From Nitrosococcus oceani ATCC 19707 (GTDB lineage: Bacteria > Pseudomonadota > Gammaproteobacteria > Nitrosococcales > Nitrosococcaceae), in assembly GCF_000012805.1 (NCBI RefSeq), contig NC_007484.1, positions 300,001 to 332,000 on the forward strand: a stretch of DNA of 32,000 nucleotides. Direction: 5' to 3'. The position numbers and the translations under genes were made by a program. Below, piece by piece: positions 24,901 through 32,000 of the stretch. The notes under the pieces were generated by a model. It was not told where the DNA came from. It worked only from the letters and a program-made list of their open reading frames with translations, and ran no database searches. Position 1 is the stretch's first letter. Every line of letters begins with the position of its first letter.

Positions 24901-25033
24901 GAGTGAGATCCAAGCCCCTATGGCCATGGTGATCCTCTTCGGTCTTTTGACTTCAACGGCGCTTAATATGATGGTAGTCCCGGCTCTCTATCTGCGTTTT
25001 GGCGTGGCGAGTCAAAAGTTGAGGCATCCATGA
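21932..25033 (+). CDS. CusA/CzcA-family (HME-type) RND efflux pump
   Basis: [18 protein letters not shown]...[29 protein letters not shown] is the CzcA/CusA-family N-terminus. About 12 TM segments and two large periplasmic loops. ATG 21932 lies 8 nt after the adaptor stop. The track start 21800 overlaps the adaptor gene and is rejected. Confidence 0.95.
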   Translation: [1033 protein letters not shown]

Positions 25034-25141
25034 AAAAATGGATACTCCTAATGGGTTAAAATGAGCTGGTTGAGGAAGAAGAGAATGGAAGTTAACCAAG
25101 GTTGTACGGGTTTCCACCCATCCAGTAAAGTGTATAACAGG

Positions 25142-25546
25142 TTATTTAACGACCCGTAATGAGGGTTTGCGGCCTCCTTCGTCTGGAGCAGGAGGGGGGG
25201 GATCGCCGTCATGATCACCCTTTTGGAATATCATCCCTTGCCCATTCTCCCGTGCATATATGGCAAGGGCAGCCTGGACCGGGAATAAGGCTTTGTAGGA
25301 AGTGCCGGAAAAGCGAGCAGAAAAGCTGATCCAATCGTTTTCTAGGCAGAGATCGCGAACTGAGTTTGGATGGATATTAAGAATGATTTTGCCCTCGGAT
25401 GCGTGTTGTTGAGGAATCTGAACACCGGATAGCGTGGTATCCACTAACAGATGAGGAGTTAAATCATTATCGATAATCCACTGGTATAAAGCCCGAATGA
25501 GGTAGGGACGGTTTGACGTCATGGGGTGATTAGAGTTATCGGCCAT
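25142..25546 (-). CDS. sspB: stringent starvation protein B (ClpXP adaptor)
   Basis: RPYLIRALYQWIIDNDLTPHLLVD... matches the SspB N-terminal domain (E. coli RPYLLRAFYEWLLDNQLTPHLVVD). Flexible Pro/Gly-rich tail ending LRVVK. Directly downstream of sspA. Confidence 0.9.
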   Translation of the reverse strand: MADNSNHPMTSNRPYLIRALYQWIIDNDLTPHLLVDTTLSGVQIPQQHASEGKIILNIHPNSVRDLCLENDWISFSARFSGTSYKALFPVQAALAIYARENGQGMIFQKGDHDGDPPPPAPDEGGRKPSLRVVK

Positions 25547-25562
25547 CGCTTGTTTGGCCCCC

Positions 25563-26207
25563 TCAGATAGGGCTGGTGGCTTTGGTTCGCATTGCCCGTT
25601 CAGCGGCGCTCAGACTTTGTTGAAATGAATCACGGGCAAACATACGATTAGCATAATCTTCCACAAGCTTGGCTTGGGGGGGGAGTTCAGCTTCCAGAGC
25701 GAGCAGCCGCCATAGTAGAGGTGCCAAGGCGCAGTCTAATAGGGAAAATTCTTCATTCATGAAGAAGGGCGTTTTCTCGAAGGTCGGACTTAGTATGGTG
25801 AGATCTTCAATCAGCATTTTGCGTGTCTTAGACGATATATTAGAGCGATGGGTTTTGGTACCGCCAAGCAAACGGTACCAGTCTTGATCAATACGGTAAA
25901 ACATGAGTCGGATCCGCGCTCTGGAAATTGGATCTACTGGCATGAGGGGAGGATGAGGGAATCGCTCGTCGAAATATTCCATAATGACTTTTGAGTCGTA
26001 CAGAATTAGATCCCGGGCTACCAGTGTAGGAGCGGAATTATGAGGATTAAGCCGAACCAAATCTTCAGGTAAGTTAGCTGGATCTATATCAATAATCTCA
26101 GCGGAAATATTTTTTTCCGCGACGACAATGCGAGTACGGTGGCAAAACGGGCACAAGGGATCCGAAAATAAGGCCGTTACAGAACGTTTACCAGGTGAAA
26201 GGGGCAT
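25563..26207 (-). CDS. sspA: stringent starvation protein A (GST-like)
   Basis: KRSVTALFS...RIVVAEKNISAEIIDID...LNPHNSAPTLVARDLILYDSKVIMEYFDERFPHPPLMP aligns closely with E. coli SspA. Confidence 0.92.
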   Translation of the reverse strand: MPLSPGKRSVTALFSDPLCPFCHRTRIVVAEKNISAEIIDIDPANLPEDLVRLNPHNSAPTLVARDLILYDSKVIMEYFDERFPHPPLMPVDPISRARIRLMFYRIDQDWYRLLGGTKTHRSNISSKTRKMLIEDLTILSPTFEKTPFFMNEEFSLLDCALAPLLWRLLALEAELPPQAKLVEDYANRMFARDSFQQSLSAAERAMRTKATSPI

Positions 26208-26374
26208 AAAAGCTTATTTACCCTATTATTCCTGCGAACAACCCAATGAATTTTTGACGGAAAGCCGCTCACGCCAAATCGGAGATTCTGGCGTGAGCTT
26301 CTCTTGGGTCCCCCAGAAGAATACTTCCCGCCTCACCAGCAAATAACCGCCTAAAAATCGTCTGGCTATTCCTC

Positions 26375-27097
26375 TCAATGAATATCTTTCCAGTATTCCC
26401 TTTTAAGGAAATAGGCGACACCACAAAAGAGCGCAATATAAAACAGAACCCAAGGGCCAAGTTTCTCCCGCTCAAGCCGCGCGGGTTCACCCATATAGGT
26501 CATAAAATTGACTAAATCATCCAGCATTTTCTCGTACTCGCTAGGACTCAGGGTACCCGCAACCGCTAACTCAAGCTTTGTACTGGAGGTATCGCTATCT
26601 TTATCCGCAAGCTCCTGCCAGCCTTGCAGAGGCCACAAAACATGGGGCATGGCGGTGTCCTTGAATACCAAATTATTGACGCCGGTAGGGCGGCTAGGAT
26701 CCAGGTAAAAAGTTCGCAGATAAGTATGTAGCCATTCGGGACCCCGAGAACGAGCAACCAAAGACAGATCGGGCGGGGTTACGCCAAACCAGCCTTCGGA
26801 ATCCTTGGACTGCATTGCGATGGTCATGGGATCGTGGATCTTATCGGTGGTAAACATCAGGTTATCGGTGACCTCCTGCTCGGTCAGGCCGAGATCCTGC
26901 GCCATTCGGCTATAGCGCATATATTTGGCCGAGTGACAGCTAAGGCAGTAATTCATAAATACCTGGGCGCCCCGTTGTAAAGAGGCCTTATCATTGATAT
27001 TTATCTCCACGGTATCGAGAGGGTAGTTGCTTGATGCGGCCCAAACCAAGGAGGTCGATGAGATAAAAAGGAGTAAACACGTCGTCATTCTTTTCAT
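26375..27097 (-). CDS. petC: cytochrome c1 of the ubiquinol-cytochrome c reductase
   Basis: Signal peptide, LQRGAQVFMNYCLSCHS (CXXCH), C-terminal TM anchor. The start overlaps the petB stop. Confidence 0.92.
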   Translation of the reverse strand: MKRMTTCLLLFISSTSLVWAASSNYPLDTVEININDKASLQRGAQVFMNYCLSCHSAKYMRYSRMAQDLGLTEQEVTDNLMFTTDKIHDPMTIAMQSKDSEGWFGVTPPDLSLVARSRGPEWLHTYLRTFYLDPSRPTGVNNLVFKDTAMPHVLWPLQGWQELADKDSDTSSTKLELAVAGTLSPSEYEKMLDDLVNFMTYMGEPARLEREKLGPWVLFYIALFCGVAYFLKREYWKDIH

Positions 27098-28320
27098 TTT
27101 GAGGTCACCCTTTCCGGAACGGGTTTGGTTTTATCCATCTTGGTATAGATTGGCATTAGCAAAAAGAAAGCAAAATAAAGTATTGAAAATACCCGGGCAA
27201 ACATGGTCATTAACGGTGTGGCCGGTTGGGTACCCAGGTAGCCTAGTCCCAGAAAGCTAATGACGAAGATTCCGATGGCAGCCTTATAAAGCCATCCTCG
27301 GTAACGAATAGACTTGACCGGGCTGCGGTCCAGCCACGGCAGGAAAAACCATAGAAAGATGGCGGCATCCATGGCAAGGACGCCTAGTAATTTGTCGGGG
27401 ACTGATCGCAATATGGAATAGAAAGGGGTGAGGTACCACAGAGGCCTGATATGCTCAGGGGTGGCAAGTGGATTAGCGGGCGTGAAGTTGTCATGTTCTA
27501 GAAACCAGCCGCCAAAACCGGGAGCATAGAAAACAACCCAGGCAAACAGGAGCAGAAATACCCCAACCCCCCATAGATCCTTGACCGTGTAGTAAGGGTG
27601 GAAGGGAATACCGTCCAGAGGGACGCCTTTGGGGTCCTTTTTCTCTTTGATTTCTACTCCGTCCGGATTATTAGAGCCTGTTTGGTGCAAGGCGATAATA
27701 TGAGCGACAACCAACGCCAGCAGCAATAAAGGCATCAGAAACACATGGAAGGCGAAGAAGCGGTTTAAGGTCGCGTCAGAGACCACAAAATCGCCCCGGA
27801 TCCATTCGGATAAGCCTTCACCGATAAGTGGAAAAGCCCCGAAGAGGGAAATGGTGACCTGGGCGCCCCAGTAAGACATTTGTCCCCAGGGTAGTAAGTA
27901 ACCCATAAAAGCTTCTGCTATCAGGGTAAGGTAGATAAGCACACCAATAATCCACACTAATTCCCGGGGTTTTTTGTGGGAACCGTAAATGACTCCCCGA
28001 AACATATGGAGATAAATCAAAATGAAGAATGCCGAGGCCCCGGTAGAATGCATGTAGCGGATCAACCAGCCCCACTCCACATCCCGCATAATATATTCGA
28101 CGGAGCCGAAGGCCAGATCGGCCGCCGGCTTATAATGCATGGTCAGAAAGAGTCCGGTAACTAACTGGATAACCAGCACCAGCATGGCCAAAGAGCCAAA
28201 AAAATACCAAACATTGAAATTTTTTGGCGCGTAATACTCCGATAAATGCTCTTTCCATGGCTGGGAAATGGGAAGGCGGGCATCAATCCAGGTAAAAATT
28301 TGATTTATTGTATTTTTCAT
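27094..28320 (-). CDS. petB: cytochrome b of the bc1 complex
   Basis: 408 aa and eight TM segments. Typical NVWYFFGSLA, IRYMHSTGASAFF and PEWY-like region (PEHIRPLWYLTPFY). Confidence 0.95.
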   Translation of the reverse strand: MKNTINQIFTWIDARLPISQPWKEHLSEYYAPKNFNVWYFFGSLAMLVLVIQLVTGLFLTMHYKPAADLAFGSVEYIMRDVEWGWLIRYMHSTGASAFFILIYLHMFRGVIYGSHKKPRELVWIIGVLIYLTLIAEAFMGYLLPWGQMSYWGAQVTISLFGAFPLIGEGLSEWIRGDFVVSDATLNRFFAFHVFLMPLLLLALVVAHIIALHQTGSNNPDGVEIKEKKDPKGVPLDGIPFHPYYTVKDLWGVGVFLLLFAWVVFYAPGFGGWFLEHDNFTPANPLATPEHIRPLWYLTPFYSILRSVPDKLLGVLAMDAAIFLWFFLPWLDRSPVKSIRYRGWLYKAAIGIFVISFLGLGYLGTQPATPLMTMFARVFSILYFAFFLLMPIYTKMDKTKPVPERVTSK

Positions 28321-28925
28321 TAGGTTGCCTCACTCGGAGATTCGCCAATACGCAGGCGGTTTTCAGCAAGAAAGCGGTAGGGCGGCACCTCCAAATTGGT
28401 GGGGGCCGGAACTCCATCATAAACTCGCCCCGACAGATCAAAACGAGAACCATGGCAAGGGCAGAAAAAGCCGCCCTGCCAGTCAGGACCTAAATCCTCT
28501 GGAGCAACTTCCGGACGGAAGGTAGGGGAACACCCCAGGTGAGTGCAGATCCCGACAACCACTAAAATTTCAGGCTCAATGGAGCGGTAGACGTTTTGAG
28601 CGAAGGGGGGTTGCTGCTCTTCCACTTCACTGTGAGGGTCCCGAAGTATATCCTCCCCAGTCATCGCCTCTACGCTTTCCAGTTCTTCTTGGGTCCGACG
28701 GAGAATCCAGACCGGTTTGCCACGCCACTCGACGGTCATGATATGGCCTGGCTCAAGGTTGCTAATATCGACTTCCACAGGGGCCCCTGCGGCTTGCGCC
28801 CGTTCGCTAGGCTGCATGGATTTAACAAACGGCACGGCCGTAAAGCCCATGCCTACGCCTCCAACCACTGTTGTAGCCGCTGTTAAAAAGCGGCGTTTGC
28901 CCTGATCGACGCTATCTGTACTCAT
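28320..28925 (-). CDS. petA: Rieske iron-sulfur subunit of the bc1 complex
   Basis: Twin-arginine signal [10 protein letters not shown]. Cluster boxes CTHLGC and CPCHGS. Confidence 0.95.
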   Translation of the reverse strand: MSTDSVDQGKRRFLTAATTVVGGVGMGFTAVPFVKSMQPSERAQAAGAPVEVDISNLEPGHIMTVEWRGKPVWILRRTQEELESVEAMTGEDILRDPHSEVEEQQPPFAQNVYRSIEPEILVVVGICTHLGCSPTFRPEVAPEDLGPDWQGGFFCPCHGSRFDLSGRVYDGVPAPTNLEVPPYRFLAENRLRIGESPSEAT

Positions 28926-29168
28926 ATTTTGCTCCCTTAACTAAAGGCCGATAAATCAAAACTGTTATGTAATATAGTTGTTTGAACGAGCGCCTTGGCA
29001 AAATTTCAGGGCGTTTAATTTCTGATGCCCTCGTTTTATCTTGCTAAGCCGCTGTAAAAATATTATGCATAGGTGTTTAAAAGAAGTTCGGAGCGTCGTT
29101 TGCATCGCGCAATTCTAACACAAAGAACCTAAAAATTTAGTAATATTAAGGATAGTGATTAAGAAGGC

Positions 29169-29549
29169 TTAGGCCAGCAGGGCGGCAATGATACTGGTAA
29201 TGAAGATGCCGTCAAATGTCCCTGCGCCGCCGATCGAAGTTATCGGCGTGCCTATTCGGCGAATATCCTTAAGGCGCAGGATATCCGCTCCTAATAGAAC
29301 TTCCAAGGTTCCGGCAATATAGGCTAGCGGTGCTCGGCGCTCAGGAGTGATTGCCTGTGCGCAAGCGCGACGCATAAGGGGGCGATAAAAATAGGCATTC
29401 CAATGAGAAGAAAGGCCAGTAAAAGACGACGAGGAGAGAAGGGCATTACCGCTATGCCAAAGCAAATGGAGTTTGGGAGAGTCAATTATTAAAGCTTGAA
29501 CCGTAAGGTCTGTCCTTTGAGGCGAAAAGATATTGAAATGAGGTGCCAT
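29169..29549 (-). pseudogene. remnant of a DUF1614-family membrane protein gene (internal deletion plus frameshift)
   Basis: The last ~60 codons (APLAYIAGTLEVLLGADILRLKDIRRIGTPITSIGGAGTFDGIFITSIIAALLA*) match the DUF1614 C-terminus. A different frame from ATG 29446 gives MPFSPRRLLLAFLLIGMPIFIAPL..., which resembles the family N-terminus. About 140 central residues are missing. The N-terminal part of the track ORF is non-hydrophobic and probably out of frame. Confidence 0.5.
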
Positions 29550-29579
29550 TACCTCCATATTCGGTAAACGAGCCAACAG

Positions 29580-29621
29580 GGGGCTAAATAACGTTTAATA
29601 TATAGGCTTAAATTTAGCCCC
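29580..29621. repeat. 10-bp perfect inverted repeat in the DUF1614-remnant / fmdB intergenic region
   Basis: GGGGCTAAAT (29580-29589) / ATTTAGCCCC (29612-29621), with a 22-nt AT-rich loop. Confidence 0.8.
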
Positions 29622-29727
29622 AAGGTATCGTTTTTTACTGGGTTCTCGGGTGGGAGCGTGTCGTTTCGCGCCATGCTCTCCCGAGAAGATATTAAACCGT
29701 CGTTTAATTCCAAGGAAGTTTTGTACC

Positions 29728-30054
29728 ATGCCGATCTATGAATATCGCTGCGAAGCCTGTGGCCATAAAATGGAGTTGCTGCAAAAGATAGCTGAAGAGC
29801 CATTACTTCAGTGTCCTTCTTGTGGTAAGGAACAATTGCGTAAGTTGGTATCCGCTGTCGGATTTCGGCTCAAAGGGGGCGGCTGGTACGAAACTGATTT
29901 TAAAAGCGGTAATAAGCGAAACTTGGCTGCTTCCAATGACGCCTCTAAAGAAAGTTCGAACAACAAGGAAGGCCCAGGCAAGGCAAAGGATAAGCAGGAG
30001 AAAACTCCTGGGGCTAATTCCAAGCCTACAGGCGATGCTGCTGCTACTGGCTAG
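29728..30054 (+). CDS. FmdB-family zinc-ribbon protein
   Basis: MPIYEYRCEACGHKMELLQKIAEEPLLQCPSCGKEQLRKLVS (CxxC...CxxC), then GGGWYETDF and a low-complexity tail. AAGGAAG (29712-29718) precedes ATG 29728. The track start 29650 is rejected. Confidence 0.85.
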   Translation: MPIYEYRCEACGHKMELLQKIAEEPLLQCPSCGKEQLRKLVSAVGFRLKGGGWYETDFKSGNKRNLAASNDASKESSNNKEGPGKAKDKQEKTPGANSKPTGDAAATG

Positions 30055-30082
30055 GGGTCTAGCCTAAATAGGATGTTGTCCT

Positions 30083-30221
30083 TTAGGGGCTGTTGGAAAG
30101 GTTCCCTATCCAGCTTTGAATTCTGAGTCTTAAAAAATTAAGTCGTTGAATTTAATTTATATTTAGATTGACTGCAATTCAATAAATGAGTAACTTTCAA
30201 AGATTTTCCAACAGCCTCTAA
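30083..30221. repeat. 139-bp unit bounded by a 17-bp inverted repeat (1 mismatch) in the fmdB-aspS spacer
   Basis: TTAGGGGCTGTTGGAAA (30083-30099) pairs with TTTCCAACAGCCTCTAA (30205-30221); the inner 12 bp are perfect. The AT-rich interior carries TTGACT (30168-30173), a 17-nt spacer and TAACTT (30191-30196). Confidence 0.8.
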
Positions 30222-30231
30222 GGATTCTTTC

Positions 30232-32000
30232 ATGCGTAGCCACTATTGCGGCGAACTTTCCGAGGCCCATCTTGATCAAAGTGTCACTTTATGCGGCTGG
30301 GTAAATCGCCGCCGAGATCATGGTGGGGTAATTTTTATTGATCTTCGTGATCGGGAGGGCCTCATTCAATTGGTTTTTGATCCAGAGTATTCTCCGGAAA
30401 GCTTTAGGCATGCCGAACAGATACGGAGTGAATATGTGCTTCAGGTCAAGGGCCGGGTACAGCACCGGCCGGAAGGCACCGAAAATCCAGATCTCAAGAC
30501 AGGCCAAGTGGAAGTATTGGGTCAGGAACTCATTTTACTTAATGCTTCGGAAACGCCGCCTTTTCCAGTGGATGAAAAATTAGAGGTGGGCGAAGACATC
30601 CGGCTGCGCTATCGTTATATTGACCTCCGGCGGCCAGAAAGCTTGCAGCGCCTGCGGTTCCGTTCCGCCATTATTCGGCAATTGCGCAAGTTTTTGGATG
30701 AGCGGGGTTTTCTCGATATTGATACGCCCATTCTCACCCAGTCAACGCCAGAGGGCGCCCGGGATTTTTTGGTGCCAAGCCGTACCCATCCCGGCCAATT
30801 TTTTGCCTTGCCTCAGTCCCCCCAGTTATTTAAACAGCTCCTCATGGTTGCTGGGGTGGATCGCTACTATCAAGTAGTGCGCTGTTTTCGTGATGAAGAT
30901 CTACGGGCCGATCGCCAGCCGGAATTTACGCAGCTCGACATAGAGGCTTCCTTCCTTCATGAGGAGACGCTTATGGCGTTAATGGAAGAGATGTTCAAGG
31001 AGCTGTTTGCCACGGTATTAGAAGTGCCCCTCCATACCCCCTTTGTCCGGATGCCCTATGCCGAAGCCCTGGCCTGTTTTGGTTTAGATAAACCTGATTT
31101 GCGCATTCCCCTGCGATTGGTAGAGGTGGGGGATTTGATGAAAACAGTGGATTTTAAGGTTTTTGCCCAGCCAGCCCAGGATCGGGATGGACGAGTCGCC
31201 GCATTGAGATTGCCCGGCGGCGGCAAACTTAGCCGTAAAGAAATTGAGGAGTATACTCAATTTGTGGCTATCTACGGCGCCAAGGGTTTGGCTTATATTA
31301 AAGTGGTTGAGCGCAGCCGCGGGCGGGAGGGATTGCAGTCCCCTATCCTCAAGTTTTTGCCCGATGAAGTGATTGGAGCCATGCTGGAACGAACGGAAGC
31401 TGAAAATGGAGATATCGTATTTTTCGGTGCTGATAAAGCGTCCATTGTTAATGAATCCCTTGGAGCCTTGCGAGTGAAATTAGGCCACGATCATGGCTTG
31501 GTAGAGCATGGCTGGAGTCCGCTATGGGTCATAGATTTTCCTATGTTCGAGTGGGATGAGGATGACCACCGTTGGCATGCCTTGCATCACCCTTTTACTT
31601 CTCCCAAAGAAGAAGATCTCTCCTTATTGGAGCAGAATCCGGGAGCTTGCCGCTCCCGTGCCTATGATTTAGTGCTCAATGGTACCGAGGTGGGCGGGGG
31701 ATCCATCCGCATTTCCCAGTCCCAAGTGCAGAGTCAAGTGTTTCGCTTGCTAGGTATTGGCGATGAGGAAGCCCAAGATAAATTTGGATTTCTTTTGGAC
31801 GCGCTGAAATATGGCTGCCCGCCCCATGGTGGGATTGCGTTTGGTTTGGATCGGCTGGTCATGCTGATGACTGGAAGCGCCTCGATCCGGGAGGTCATCC
31901 CGTTTCCCAAGACCCAGACGGCGGCTTGCCCGCTTACCGGCGCGCCAGGCCAGGTTGCGGAAGCGCAGTTGCGGGAGTTGGGGATTGGCGTGCGCAGGCT
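30232..32000 (+). CDS. aspS: aspartate--tRNA ligase; the 3' end lies just outside the window
   Basis: [52 protein letters not shown] matches E. coli AspRS ([43 protein letters not shown]...). Class II motifs [18 protein letters not shown] and GGGSIRI. The frame is open to the window end, so it is absent from the ORF track. Confidence 0.95.
   Translation, partial: MRSHYCGELSEAHLDQSVTLCGWVNRRRDHGGVIFIDLRDREGLIQLVFDPEYSPESFRHAEQIRSEYVLQVKGRVQHRPEGTENPDLKTGQVEVLGQELILLNASETPPFPVDEKLEVGEDIRLRYRYIDLRRPESLQRLRFRSAIIRQLRKFLDERGFLDIDTPILTQSTPEGARDFLVPSRTHPGQFFALPQSPQLFKQLLMVAGVDRYYQVVRCFRDEDLRADRQPEFTQLDIEASFLHEETLMALMEEMFKELFATVLEVPLHTPFVRMPYAEALACFGLDKPDLRIPLRLVEVGDLMKTVDFKVFAQPAQDRDGRVAALRLPGGGKLSRKEIEEYTQFVAIYGAKGLAYIKVVERSRGREGLQSPILKFLPDEVIGAMLERTEAENGDIVFFGADKASIVNESLGALRVKLGHDHGLVEHGWSPLWVIDFPMFEWDEDDHRWHALHHPFTSPKEEDLSLLEQNPGACRSRAYDLVLNGTEVGGGSIRISQSQVQSQVFRLLGIGDEEAQDKFGFLLDALKYGCPPHGGIAFGLDRLVMLMTGSASIREVIPFPKTQTAACPLTGAPGQVAEAQLRELGIGVRR

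Noticed and set aside
26267-26298. 10-bp-stem hairpin GCTCACGCCA / TGGCGTGAGC between petC and sspA.
   Set aside because: No T run follows it on the minus (transcribed) strand, so I cannot support a terminator call. It might be an RNA processing or attenuation element, but the evidence is thin.
29549-29803. 84-aa ORF on the minus strand.
   Set aside because: It runs antisense across the start of the FmdB zinc-ribbon gene and the intergenic palindrome, with no motifs.
1-32000. Search by eye for CRISPR arrays, tRNA/rRNA genes, IS elements, integrases and prophage genes.
   Set aside because: I saw none. There are no regularly spaced direct repeats, no cloverleaf-like GC-rich 75-90-nt units in the intergenic regions, and no transposase or integrase-like ORFs in the track.

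Overview
This looks like a chromosomal window from a roughly 50% GC gammaproteobacterial-type genome. From gene order and protein sequences I guess a Nitrosococcus/Chromatiales-like organism, but that is unverified. I count about 30 intact protein genes and found no rRNA, tRNA, CRISPR array, transposase or integrase. Left to right: (1) the pncA 3' end, an ftsH paralog and a sigma-54 activator with no sensory domain. (2) A loose stress-gene neighbourhood: CsbD, a PA2169-like helical protein, a LuxR/FixJ regulator behind a sigma-54 promoter, a secreted Vgb-like beta-propeller, a luxR 3' relic, a frameshifted ytjA-like gene and a BON lipoprotein. (3) A four-gene sugar-type ABC importer. (4) An AT-rich islet with a HigB-2/HigA-2-like toxin-antitoxin pair, a frameshifted small lipoprotein, about 500 bp of decayed coding sequence and an orphan 371-aa two-domain protein. 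(5) holC-pepA. (6) A GC-rich five-gene operon: BlaI-like repressor, sensor-less BlaR1-like M56 protease, and the outer-membrane, adaptor and pump subunits of a heavy-metal-type RND efflux system. (7) sspBA, petCBA, a DUF1614 gene remnant, an FmdB zinc-ribbon gene and aspS, whose 3' end is outside the window. The best candidate for an undescribed system is the BlaI/BlaR1-type proteolytic switch wired to the RND pump. It has a Cys/His-rich loop where a ligand sensor would be expected, and two copies of the 23-bp palindrome AAAACCGAT-N5-ATCGGTTTT, one overlapping a near-consensus promoter. Secondary candidates are the orphan 371-aa protein in the AT-rich islet and the sigma-54 activator/promoter/atypical-regulator circuit. 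All family assignments come from reading motifs by eye and from memory; no database search was run.
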